The notes under the pieces are model-generated. The model saw only the letters and a list, made by a program, of their open reading frames with translations, had not been told where the DNA came from and did not search any database. A stretch of 64,000 nt of DNA, from NCBI GenBank assembly GCA_963665665.1, contig OY762428.1, positions 1,696,001-1,760,000 on the forward strand, in the 5' to 3' direction. The stretch is from Candidatus Kapaibacterium sp. (lineage in GTDB: Bacteria; Bacteroidota; Ignavibacteria; Kapaibacteriales; UBA2268). Shown here piece after piece: positions 46,880 through 56,565 of this stretch; position 1 is the first letter of the stretch, and each line of letters begins with the position of its first letter. The translations under genes and the position numbers were made by a program.

Positions 46880-48220
46880 TTATCCACAGTTGCATTTAAT
46901 TTGCCCCAAATTGGTTGCACTTAAAAAAACTCAATCCGGTATGTATACCCCAATGTATAGGTAAAATATTTATTATAATATCTGTAACATATTATATTTT
47001 CACGTATATAACTATTGTTATTTATGAATTCCCCAACTGCAACCAATTTGGGGTGAAACCACTTGCTTTTTTCATTTTCGAGGAATATTTTGGAAAATTA
47101 CTATCATATTCCATATAAAAACGACCTATAACAGACCCAGGTCGCATTAAAATGTCTGCTATACCCCAAATCGGTTGCATTTCGCCCCAAATCGGTTGCA
47201 TTTATTTTTTTATTTCCTTGTTTTAAAAGGGTTTTCTGCATCCTAAAATATATAAAATAATTAAAAGATATAAAACAACAACAACAGAGCATCATCACCC
47301 CAAATCGGTTGCATTTAAAATATTATTCGTTGTTGTTGATTCTTTTTTTCAGAATTAAAATAAGAATAAGAATACTAACTATATAAATATCAACTACTAC
47401 ATAAGCCTGTACATAGTATTATAAACACCCGGTATGTATACCCCAATGTACAGACAGAAAGTACGACTAAGTTATTGCTAACAGCAATGATATAACTATT
47501 TCCCCCGCGCCGGTCGCAAGCTCCCGACTCCCCTCCTTTTCCTGACGGCTCCGCTAACGCTCCGGAGCAAAGTCTAACGACATATTGCCAAAAGGAGGGG
47601 AGCCGGAAGCACGTGTTTGCAAACCGCTCGCTGTCGCTCACGGGCAAGCCACGGCACCGGCGCGGGGGAACTTGTTTAACCCAGTCAGGAAAAGGATTTC
47701 CTTCCCCAATATCCAAATGCAACTAATTTGGGGTCAGGTCGAATATTTAGGCAAGCCTAAACCAAAAATTATTACATCCGAATTCTCAGGCAACAATGTG
47801 ATGAAGAAAAGAAAAACAAGAAAAAAAACGAAACCCGACCCACCAAAAAGGTCGCATTATAATCCCGTCGTTCATTATATATTCATTATTAATATTCTAT
47901 GTCTAATTGATTCAATAGTTTAATATGTTTCTATTTTCTTCCTTTCCCCAACTGCAACCAATTTGGGGTGAAACCACGGACAAAAGGATGATCTGCGACC
48001 AAAAACCAGGCAAACAGTGGCAAACAGGCAGAAAAACAGCAGGAATATTAACAAAAACTAATAAAACTACCAATTTGACCCCAAATCGGTTGCATTTCGC
48101 CCCAAATTAGTTGCATTTAACGTAAAAATCTAAAAAATGACCCCAAATCGGTTGCATTTCGCCCCAAATTAGTTGCATTTAACGCAAAAATGTAAAAAAT
48201 GACCCCAAATCGGTTGCACT
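46880..48220. repeat. Plasmid origin region: about 12 iterons (CCCCAAATCGGTTGCATTT, both orientations) and a DnaA box
   Basis: Copies near 46904, 47038(-), 47163, 47183, 47297, 47716(-), 47953(-) and five in a 62-bp-period array at 48077-48220; TTATCCACA at 46880-46888. Confidence 0.85.
47500..47670. other. Large GC-rich branched stem-loop (candidate single-strand origin, ssi or oriT)
   Basis: 15-bp perfect IR TTCCCCCGCGCCGGT/ACCGGCGCGGGGGAA enclosing CTCCCCTCCTTTT/AAAAGGAGGGGAG. Confidence 0.6.
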
Positions 48221-48248
48221 TAGAGAAAAATATTACTATTTTAATATC

Positions 48249-49580
48249 GTGAGCCCGGCGAAGCCGGGTCCGGACGCCAGACATTTTAATAAAAAAAAGA
48301 AATTATTTCCCGGCAGAGCCGGGAATAAAACATTTTGTTATAAAAAAGCATCGGGAGATGAGCCTTTGAGGTGGTTTTCTCTAATAACATCGCTTATAGC
48401 GGCGGTATTTTTCTTATACATGTTCCTCCGGGGCATGGCATACTCCGAGATAGAGGAGGCAAGGGCAGAGAAAAGGGCAACCGACAGTATCCTTAACTCG
48501 GAATCAATTCCGGCGCCAGTGGAAGAGGAAAATGTCCCGGAGGGTTTCTTTCGCGTAAGGGGAGGGGCATATAATAACATAAGCATTCTGCGGGGAAAGA
48601 TTGACGGCATGCTGATCGGAAATGCCTGGACAATGACGGACAAGGAAAGGATAACGTCCTTCTGTTACTACTGCGATATCGATACGGACATAAAGCTTCT
48701 TGTAAGCTATTCGCGTTTTCAGCAGTATGAAACAAACGACGCTAAAGTAAAAAAAAGAAAAAAACCGTCTTACCCTTTGTTTACCTGGCTGGAAAAATCC
48801 GATTATTCCTATGTCGGATATAATATGAAAAAGGGCATGGCCCTTATTCTTCCTCCGCAACCGGAATTATATTATATAAGCCGCAGGGACGCTTCGGGAA
48901 GCGAGGACAACATATTAATGCCTGCCATGCGCGACGACAGGAATACGAAGATATACCGTTCCTTCGGCAGTGAGAGAATATCGTTTTTTGCCGCAGAGAA
49001 GGATTTTATGTTCCGCATTAACGAGGCTCCCTGCCGTGAGACGATGAAGTTTATGGATGAGGAAAGAAAATCGGTTTACCTGCTTCCCGGGGAAACTTAC
49101 GATACGGGGCTTTGGACAGACAGGGGGGATCAACTGATAATATTCTTTACAGGAAGCATAAAGGTAAGCTCGTTAAACTACGGGGAAAGGACATACTGGC
49201 CCTGCCATGACGCCGACAATTACCGTTGCAGTCATTATTACTGCCGGGAGGGTCAGGAAGGCTTTATAAGCCTGCACGCCCTTGATTCGTCGGCTCTCCT
49301 TTCAATAGAAATAAAGAGGGGATACGGCGAGAAACTGGACCTTGAACCAGGCAAAGCCGCTTACATGGATTTGTTCGAGGGCGACGAGTTTGTGTTTTTC
49401 TCTAAGTCAAGGTTTTATCTTAACGGCAAATTGCAGGATCCGATATACGGCCATTACAGTGACGCCCTGTGGAGCGGCAAAGGCCGCTTTACCGCCGACA
49501 GCAACTGCACGGTGGAGATAAGGGCTTCGGTCAATCCTAAAACAATATACATCAGGTCAATAAAAAGAAGGGGTTACTGA
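48249..49580 (+). CDS. Hypothetical membrane-anchored protein
   Basis: Long ORF, one N-proximal TM helix, first gene of a tightly packed operon; start uncertain. Confidence 0.7.
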   Translation: MSPAKPGPDARHFNKKKKLFPGRAGNKTFCYKKASGDEPLRWFSLITSLIAAVFFLYMFLRGMAYSEIEEARAEKRATDSILNSESIPAPVEEENVPEGFFRVRGGAYNNISILRGKIDGMLIGNAWTMTDKERITSFCYYCDIDTDIKLLVSYSRFQQYETNDAKVKKRKKPSYPLFTWLEKSDYSYVGYNMKKGMALILPPQPELYYISRRDASGSEDNILMPAMRDDRNTKIYRSFGSERISFFAAEKDFMFRINEAPCRETMKFMDEERKSVYLLPGETYDTGLWTDRGDQLIIFFTGSIKVSSLNYGERTYWPCHDADNYRCSHYYCREGQEGFISLHALDSSALLSIEIKRGYGEKLDLEPGKAAYMDLFEGDEFVFFSKSRFYLNGKLQDPIYGHYSDALWSGKGRFTADSNCTVEIRASVNPKTIYIRSIKRRGY

Positions 49581-49581
49581 T

Positions 49582-49896
49582 ATGTTTTTTACGGTATTAT
49601 TCCTTGCCCTCGGGGTATGGATTTTTGACTTAATAACGGGAACGCTGGACTATTATATATTTATAATTTACGCTTTCATGTCCGTTTACCTCGGCATTTT
49701 CTACTTTGCCCGTTATACCACGAGCCGGTCAGAAAAGGCCATATACAACAAATTCACGAATATGGTGGAGGATTTGAGCGACAGGGCTGATTACCTCGAG
49801 GCGAGGAGACAGGGCAGAAACAGGGCGAGAGCCGAGAGCATGTCCGAGATGATAGGCAGACGAAGATTATCGGAGGGAAAAAGATATGAGCGATAA
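49582..49896 (+). CDS. Hypothetical two-TM membrane protein
   Basis: Abuts upstream stop and overlaps downstream start. Confidence 0.7.
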   Translation: MFFTVLFLALGVWIFDLITGTLDYYIFIIYAFMSVYLGIFYFARYTTSRSEKAIYNKFTNMVEDLSDRADYLEARRQGRNRARAESMSEMIGRRRLSEGKRYER

Positions 49897-50644
49897 AAAG
49901 TATATAGTAAAGCTTGATCAGGGCGAGTACGATGCCTACCTGAAGATGAGGGAAAGGGGAGACATTCCCTCCGGACTGGTAAGCTCAAGGCGCGGCCCCT
50001 CCGGAGGGCAGCTTATGATAAACATGCCTCCTCCGGAGCCGTCAGGAACGATTATGGGGAACAATTACCAGGGAAAGAGGCTGGACTCCTACAACAGCCT
50101 TTTGAACAGGTACATGAACCTTATAAACGGTTTTATGAAGCTTGAGAGGCTTTATCACAAGTATGAGAATATAGAAAAATATTTCTACAGCGACGACCTT
50201 GATATAGAGATAGAAATAAAACATAAGGAAAATTATTTAAACAGCCTTACCGAATCATATAAAACAACGGTAAGCGACGAGGAGCTTAAAAGAAAAATGA
50301 ACTCCTATAAGATGGAACTGGCAGACATAAGGCTTGAGGAAAGACGCCTTAAACTACAGGCAAAGGGGGAGAAAGAGGAAATGACTGCTGCCGAGAGTTA
50401 CCGTCGCGAGCAGGAGGAAAAGCTTGAACTGGAAGCCATAAAGGCAGAGTACAGCCGCAAAAGGGAGAGGATGAAGCTTGAGGAAAGGCTGGCAAACAGG
50501 AGGGAGCTTGACGAATATTTTATGAAGATGTCGGAGAGTATTTTAAAGGGCAGGACAGCGGAGGAATTAAGCCCGAGGGAAAGAACCGATTACGAGAACC
50601 TTGAGGACGAGTATAATGCCTGCTTCGGAAGGGATTTTGAGTAG
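49886..50644 (+). CDS. Hypothetical coiled-coil protein
   Basis: E/K/R-rich helical C-terminal half; operonic spacing. Confidence 0.7.
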   Translation: MSDKKYIVKLDQGEYDAYLKMRERGDIPSGLVSSRRGPSGGQLMINMPPPEPSGTIMGNNYQGKRLDSYNSLLNRYMNLINGFMKLERLYHKYENIEKYFYSDDLDIEIEIKHKENYLNSLTESYKTTVSDEELKRKMNSYKMELADIRLEERRLKLQAKGEKEEMTAAESYRREQEEKLELEAIKAEYSRKRERMKLEERLANRRELDEYFMKMSESILKGRTAEELSPRERTDYENLEDEYNACFGRDFE

Positions 50645-50647
50645 TTT

Positions 50648-52414
50648 ATGAAAAAAAGCGGAATAGTTCTCGGAAAGGACAATAATGGCAATGATGTATT
50701 CATGCCTGCCAAAACCAGGTCAACGCACATGCACGTGATAGGATCCACGGGAACGGGAAAATCAAAATTTTTCGAGAGCATGATAAGGCAGGATATATTA
50801 AACCGCCAGGGGCTTTGCCTTATAGACCCTCACGGTTATCTTTTCCATGACATAATAAGGTGGTGCGAGACCATGGGCCTGAGGAACGGCAGGCTTGCAA
50901 AGAACATTGTTTTGCTGGATCCGTCTGCCGACGGATGGGCCTTCGGTTTTAATCCGCTTCGCGGAGGAAGCTGCGAGATAAGCTATCACGTGGATACTAT
51001 GGTAAAAGCCGTAAGCAAGGTATGGGGAGGAGAGAACTCCGACAGGACGCCGCTTCTTAAAAGAGCTTTAAGAAGCATCTTTCACGTTCTTGCCGAGAAC
51101 GAGCTTTCATTGCTCGAGGGGAGGTTTTTAATCGATCCCGTACATGCGGAAACAAGAAAGAAACTGACGGAAAACATCAGCGACCCGGTAATAAAACAGC
51201 AGTGGGATTATTTTAACGAGCTTAAGCCCAAGCCTTTTTACGACGAGTTTGGCTCGACCATTAACAGGCTCATGGAATTTTTTTCATCTCCCCTTATACG
51301 GGCAATGATAGGGCAGACCGAAAAAGTCATAGACTTTCGGTCAGTAATGGACGAGGGAAAGGTAGTCCTTGTAAACCTGTCGTCCTCCGACCGCGTTTCC
51401 CCGGACAATGCCCGTCTGCTCGGCTCTCTGATTGTTAACGACCTTTTTATGAGGGCTATGGGAAGGCCCGAGGGAAGCAGGCCTTTTTATTTGTACATTG
51501 ACGAGTGCAGCCTTTTTGTAAACGAGGATATAGAGCGCATACTCAACGAGGGACGTAAGTTCGGCCTTCACCTTATCCTTGCCCACCAGCAGCTTAAGCA
51601 GTTAAAGAAACAGGCCGGGGAGGGCGTCTATGACGCCGTTATGGGAAGCGCAAAGACAAAGGTGATATTCGGAGGGCTGTCTTATGAAGACGCCGAGGTC
51701 ATGGCCAACCAGGTATTCCTCGGTGAGATAGACCTCGAGGAGGGTAAGAAATCCCTTCGCAGGAAAGCCGTCACTGGCCAGGTAAGGATATGGATGAAAA
51801 GCATGTCTGAGGGTGAGAGTGAAAGCACGGGCAGGGGGGAGGCAGACTCCTGGTCGGAGACGGAGACGACAAGCACAGGGGATTCTTCTTCTGCATCATT
51901 GACTTTCCATGAATCGGGCCTTGTAAGAAGCCAGGGAAGCGGCATGAGCAGCGGGGAGAGCTTTTCCACGTCAAGCTCAAAGAGCGTCAGCAGTTTTAGT
52001 TCCGAGGGGAAAAACAGGAGTAATGGCATAAGAGAGAGTTTTCAGAATGTATATACCGAGCAGGAGGGAGGCCTGTTTTCTTTAGAGGAGCAGAGGTATA
52101 AGAAGATGGCGGTAATGGTAAACCAGGAGCCGAGGCAGGCGGTGGTAAAACTGCCTGCAAAGAGGAGTAATGTCATAGAAACGCCTTTTGTAAGGGAGGG
52201 CATAGCAAGGCGTGAGAGGGTGGAAAGATTTAAGCGCGAATGCTTCGGGAGCGAGGATTTTGCCATGACGCGAAAGGACGCTGAAAGGCTTATTGACGAG
52301 AGGCATGGCAGGCTTACAGCCGGGGAAGCGCCGGAAAACGAGGAGGAAATCACCGGGCTGACGGATTTTGAGATAGTGGACGATATTCCGGATAGCTGGA
52401 AAGATCTGAAATAA
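50648..52414 (+). CDS. Soluble VirD4/TraD/TrwB-like coupling ATPase
   Basis: 'HMHVIGSTGTGKS', 'LIDPHG', 'LYIDE', 'EGRKFGLHLILAHQ'; Ser/Thr/Gly-rich segment; no TM. Confidence 0.88.
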   Translation: MKKSGIVLGKDNNGNDVFMPAKTRSTHMHVIGSTGTGKSKFFESMIRQDILNRQGLCLIDPHGYLFHDIIRWCETMGLRNGRLAKNIVLLDPSADGWAFGFNPLRGGSCEISYHVDTMVKAVSKVWGGENSDRTPLLKRALRSIFHVLAENELSLLEGRFLIDPVHAETRKKLTENISDPVIKQQWDYFNELKPKPFYDEFGSTINRLMEFFSSPLIRAMIGQTEKVIDFRSVMDEGKVVLVNLSSSDRVSPDNARLLGSLIVNDLFMRAMGRPEGSRPFYLYIDECSLFVNEDIERILNEGRKFGLHLILAHQQLKQLKKQAGEGVYDAVMGSAKTKVIFGGLSYEDAEVMANQVFLGEIDLEEGKKSLRRKAVTGQVRIWMKSMSEGESESTGRGEADSWSETETTSTGDSSSASLTFHESGLVRSQGSGMSSGESFSTSSSKSVSSFSSEGKNRSNGIRESFQNVYTEQEGGLFSLEEQRYKKMAVMVNQEPRQAVVKLPAKRSNVIETPFVREGIARRERVERFKRECFGSEDFAMTRKDAERLIDERHGRLTAGEAPENEEEITGLTDFEIVDDIPDSWKDLK

Positions 52415-52429
52415 TGTATTATAATTTAA

Positions 52430-53407
52430 TTGTTATTTATAATATTTTATTTATTAATAATATTTATGGCGGAAAGAAGAAGAAAAAAATTTAAGCCGGA
52501 TCCATCTGTATCCTTCCAGTTGCAGGAAAGGGACGTTGACATTATTCACGACGTTTATACTCACCGCTTCTTAGACACTTCCCTTATCACTCTCAAGACG
52601 GGCGCAAGCCGCCAGGCAGTGCAACGCCGCCTTAACAAGCTCTATCATAATGGCTACCTGTCCCGTCCCGGAACGCAGAGGACGCGCCAGGGAAACAACA
52701 GCATGGTCTATGCCCTCGGCAACGAGGGGGCGCGCCTGCTTGCCCGGCGCTATGACTATGACATAGAGCGTCAGAACTGGGCGTGTAAGAACAGGGAGAG
52801 CAAGAACGACTATCTTGACCACAGCCTTATGACGGCGCGTTTTCTTATCCTTGCCGAAGTGTTTTGTAAGACATACGCCAATAAGATTGATTTTATTCCC
52901 GCCCGTGAAATGATAAGCAAAAGGCCCGTTCCGGCTAAGGAGAGGTTTAACCCCCTGTCCTGGAGAGTGGAGGGAAAGGCTTTTCCGGAGTACAAGGGTT
53001 CTGTCGTTCCCGACGGAGCCTTCGGGCTTAAGTATGCCCTGAAGGACGGCAGGAAGATGGAGAAGTATTTTTTTATCGAGGCAGACCGTTCCACAATGCC
53101 TGTTAAGAGGAATAACCTTAACAGGTCTTCATATTTTAAAAAGCTTATTGCCTATTGGGAAAGCTTTGACCAGGGACTTTTTGAAAAGTACTGGGGTTTT
53201 AAGTCAGCAAGAGTCCTGACCCTTACCCTGTCTGTCGAGCGTTCCCGCAATATCCAGGCTGCCTGCCGGGAGCTTGACAGGAAAGGCCGCGGCCTGGGGC
53301 TTTTCCTCTTTGCTCCCGAAGCGGTCTTCAGGCATGAAGATGTTAAGACCTTTATAGGAAGGAACTGGATATCAGGTGCAGGGAAACAGGTCTCGGTCGT
53401 GGAGTGA
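52430..53407 (+). CDS. Replication-relaxation (Replic_Relax) family protein
   Basis: 'LQERDVDII...HRFL...QRRLNKLYHNGYL', 'LDHSL', 'PDG', 'FFIEADRSTMP'; true start probably MAERR. Confidence 0.85.
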   Translation: MLFIIFYLLIIFMAERRRKKFKPDPSVSFQLQERDVDIIHDVYTHRFLDTSLITLKTGASRQAVQRRLNKLYHNGYLSRPGTQRTRQGNNSMVYALGNEGARLLARRYDYDIERQNWACKNRESKNDYLDHSLMTARFLILAEVFCKTYANKIDFIPAREMISKRPVPAKERFNPLSWRVEGKAFPEYKGSVVPDGAFGLKYALKDGRKMEKYFFIEADRSTMPVKRNNLNRSSYFKKLIAYWESFDQGLFEKYWGFKSARVLTLTLSVERSRNIQAACRELDRKGRGLGLFLFAPEAVFRHEDVKTFIGRNWISGAGKQVSVVE

Positions 53408-53563
53408 ATATTTGCCTGAAGCGCTATGTTCCTGCTTTTCCTTTGCTCCTGTTAAGACATATTTTGCTTTTATCATGCTGAAATTTGATATGATTTTGAG
53501 TTGTAAGTTGTAATTCCGGCCTGTTTCTGACCGTTTATGGCTATGCACATATATGTAACATTA

Positions 53564-53640
53564 ATTGCACTGTTATTGCACTGTTATTGCACTGTTATTG
53601 CACCGTTATTGCACCGTTATTGCACTGTTATTGCACTGGT
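53564..53640. repeat. 11-bp tandem repeat ATTGCAC(T/C)GTT, seven copies
   Basis: Directly visible. Confidence 0.92.
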
Positions 53641-53898
53641 TGTTCTTTGTCTGTGTCGTGATATGTATCCGGTATTTGACAATCACTGAACAATCACTGC
53701 AAACAGTATCGCATAGCAGAAAACAGGCAGATTAATACAATGCAAAAGGCAATAAACAAGCAAATAATTGTTTCCCGGATCAATATGGAGCATCAATATA
53801 CGATCAGACAAGTACCCGAAAACATCAATTTTTTACATTTTTTAATTATGTGCGGGCTAATTTTGTAAGCTGTCGCAACCATGTACCGCCGGGCGTAA

Positions 53899-54168
53899 TT
53901 ATCGTTTGTTTTTCCATTCTTCCGGTTTATAATCCAGGTTGATGAATTCCTCTGCTTTTTCTTTATTGAAACTGTAGAGCTTAGAATATCCTTTGTCACC
54001 GACGGGCCTTGTGCCGCTTACAAGCATCCACGAAGGCTTATATTCTTCTATCCATGCCATTTCCTCGTCGGTAAACAGGTTGTTATTCCGGCAAAGGCTG
54101 CATTTTCTTTTAAACTTATTGAATTCTCTTATGTTCATAGATAAAAACCCTGTAAAATATAATGTCAT
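53899..54168 (-). CDS. Small hypothetical protein
   Basis: 89-aa ORF with plausible composition and a CxxC; no family recognised. Confidence 0.45.
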   Translation of the reverse strand: MTLYFTGFLSMNIREFNKFKRKCSLCRNNNLFTDEEMAWIEEYKPSWMLVSGTRPVGDKGYSKLYSFNKEKAEEFINLDYKPEEWKNKR

Positions 54169-54593
54169 TAACGTTTGAAAGAAATATTATTGAATAATAA
54201 CAATCGAAAATATGCTTTTGTTTCAGATAGTAATTGAATGATTGTATTAATTATCAACAGAATATATTTAAGGCATTGAAAAATATTCCTTAATGTTATA
54301 TAATTTTCATGCCGCGCGCCGCCGATGCCACGCCGGATAAAAAACACCTACCAGGGGGCTGCCTTAGGACAGGGGCGGCCCCGAATAAAAGTTTTTTCCA
54401 ATAAGCGGCGGCTCTCCCTGACGGGTTCCCTGCCAAAAAAAAAGGCGGGAGGGTAGCCGGGCTTATCCGCTCCTTGACGAACCCGCCTGTATAATGGGCG
54501 ATAGGCCGGTATCACCACTAAAAGGCCGCGGCAAAAAGAAAAACGGCATCCTGCATCAAAATAATGCGGGGCGCCGTTTTAATTGCCCGGAAA

Positions 54594-55643
54594 TCATATT
54601 CGGAGCAACTTTTTAATATCCTCATCTTTTAAAAGGTGAGGTTTTTTTGCGTAAGGCATTGGCGTTATCGCCCTGACAAAGAAATGCTCCGAGAGCTCCT
54701 GCGTCCACTGTTTTCGGGCTTTAAGTCCGGGTTCGTCGTGATCGGCTATAATTAGAACTCTTGCCGAGGGGCTCAAAACAGCCCTCAGGAGGCTTTTTTG
54801 TTCAATTGCAAGGTTTGTACCCATCAGAGCCGCAACGTCCCTGTATCCCGCCCTGGCGAGCCTCAGGACGGACATAAAGCTCTCTGTGAGGATCAGTTTT
54901 TCGGCTCCGTCTTTGATCTTATGGATGTTATAGATTTCCGCATTCTTTTTAAAGCCCTCAGGAAACTTGTATTTTCCTTCCAGTTCGGCCTGCTCACGTG
55001 TCACGGCCCTGCCGCAGTAAGCGACAAGCTCGCCTTTCCTGTTTCTTATCGGTATGACAATTCTGCCGGACATAAGGCCTTTATTGCAGAAACCAAGCCC
55101 AAACTCCCTGATGATATTTTTGGGTATTCCTCTTTCGCTAAAGAATGGATGTTTATTGTCTAAGTTTTTCAGTTCGAATGTCAGGGGCTCGTTAGAGCTT
55201 GTTTCCGCTTTTTCTTCACTGGTTTGAGTATTGTCCTCCTGTGGCGCATTCATGAACCATCCCTGCAGGAGCAGGGCAGCTTCATGAAAGCTTATTCTTT
55301 CCATGTTCTTTACGAAGTCGATTACGTTGCCGCCGCCCTTACACTTGCCGAAGCAATTGTATATTCCTTTGTCAATGTTTACGGAGAACTGCCTGTCATT
55401 GCTTCCCCCGTGTACGGGGCAGCAACCGGTCAGGTTTTGTCCTGATTTTTTTAACTTTTCAAGGAGGCCGTAGCGGGAGAGAACATCCCTAAAGTTTACG
55501 GTCGCTTTTAGCTCGCGGTAGTCAACCCATTGTTTCTTTTCTGTCATGATTATGCCTTTCTTTTTTTTAAAGGAACTTTTTTCTTTAATACTAGCCCGGT
55601 AAGTGATTTTAGTAAAGGGCAGGCCTTCAGGCTGATAATGCAT
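54594..55643 (-). CDS. CHC2 zinc-finger/Toprim DNA primase-like protein
   Basis: 'GCCPVHGG...YNCFGKCKGGGNVIDF', 'GRIVIPIRN..GELVAYCGR', 'LILTES', 'ADHDEPG'; true start probably MTEKKQW. Confidence 0.88.
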   Translation of the reverse strand: MHYQPEGLPFTKITYRASIKEKSSFKKKKGIIMTEKKQWVDYRELKATVNFRDVLSRYGLLEKLKKSGQNLTGCCPVHGGSNDRQFSVNIDKGIYNCFGKCKGGGNVIDFVKNMERISFHEAALLLQGWFMNAPQEDNTQTSEEKAETSSNEPLTFELKNLDNKHPFFSERGIPKNIIREFGLGFCNKGLMSGRIVIPIRNRKGELVAYCGRAVTREQAELEGKYKFPEGFKKNAEIYNIHKIKDGAEKLILTESFMSVLRLARAGYRDVAALMGTNLAIEQKSLLRAVLSPSARVLIIADHDEPGLKARKQWTQELSEHFFVRAITPMPYAKKPHLLKDEDIKKLLRI

Positions 55644-55645
55644 TT

Positions 55646-55715
55646 TAGCGTCAGCTTAGCCATGTCAACCTCGTACAAGTCTCCAAATTGACAAAGGCCA
55701 CAGCGATCAGCCGCT
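55646..55715 (+). repeat. 70-bp structured repeat, copy 1
   Basis: TGTCAACCTCGTAC..AGTCTCCAAATTGACAAAGGCCA.AGCGATCAGCCGCT, repeated at 56225-56295. Confidence 0.8.
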
Positions 55716-55792
55716 TTGTATGTCTTATCATCCTGAAGCTCAGAGCGCCGTTTCAGTCATGATTTTTTAATTAAAGGCGTTCAAAAAAAAAT

Positions 55793-56101
55793 ATGAGTAA
55801 TCTTAAAAATTACTTTCCGGGAGTTTTTATCACTACCGGAATACATGAACTTGCGCGATCAAAGGAATGTTTCTGGCTCCTTGACCTTATCGTGTCTTAC
55901 CAGGCACATCCCGTTGTCGGTAAAGAACCATTTCAGTCTTACAGGCTAAAGGTCAATCCGGACGAATCCGCAACGCTTACCGTTACCGACGGCAATGACA
56001 ATGTCCTTGCCGAAAGGAAAATACCCTGGACTGATTTTGCGGGTTCTGCGCTTACCGTCTGGTGCGTTGATAAAATCATTTTGTTGCCTTCTGAATACTG
56101 A
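55793..56101 (+). CDS. DUF6876-like protein of mobile elements
   Basis: 'TTGIHELA...CFWLLDLIVSYQ...FQ...DGNDN...IPWTDF...ILLPSEY'. Confidence 0.75.
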   Translation: MSNLKNYFPGVFITTGIHELARSKECFWLLDLIVSYQAHPVVGKEPFQSYRLKVNPDESATLTVTDGNDNVLAERKIPWTDFAGSALTVWCVDKIILLPSEY

Positions 56102-56224
56102 AGGCAACATTTTCTTTTTTTTATAAAGGCAGCTCAATGGAGCTTTTTGTTAATTATTCCGGGGAGCGCAAGTCTTTACTTTATGCTTTTATAACCCCTT
56201 TTGTGCCCGTCGGAATCCTCATTA

Positions 56225-56295
56225 TAGCGGCAGCTTAACCGTGTCAACCTCGTACGGAGTCTCCAAATTGACAAAGGCCAGAGCGATCAGCCGCT
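56225..56295 (+). repeat. 70-bp structured repeat, copy 2
   Basis: Near-identical to 55646-55715; nested stems TAGCGGC/GCCGCTG and TGTCAA/TTGACA. Confidence 0.8.
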
Positions 56296-56375
56296 GTATT
56301 CGGGGCTTGCCGACAGGTAACAAACACGGCGTTACCGGCAGGCGGATATAAATAAAAGCCGTGAACAATAACTTT

Positions 56376-56488
56376 ATGAACAAAGTTCAAAAAGAGAAGC
56401 ATGAAAATGTTTCCGAAGCAAAACAGGATTTTCTGAAAAAACAGGAGATCATCAGAAAGCAGATCAAAGCCCGATGGGGCGAAAGGGA
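56376..56488 (+). pseudogene. 5' gene fragment truncated by IS3 copy 2
   Basis: MNKVQKEKHENVSEAKQDFLKKQEIIRKQIKARWGER runs into the IS end. Confidence 0.5.
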
Positions 56489-56565
56489 TGAACGGCTTCC
56501 TTTAAAAAAAACAGCGATTTAAGGTGAAATAATCTTAACTTGCAAAAAATCAAAAGGAGCATCAA

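Noticed and set aside
47390-48110. Short ORFs in the iteron region
   Set aside because: They overlap iterons and the large hairpin; composition is not protein-like
41833-56488. Prophage or phage satellite spanning terminase to primase
   Set aside because: No structural genes or integrase; the terminase lies outside the target-duplication-defined insertion
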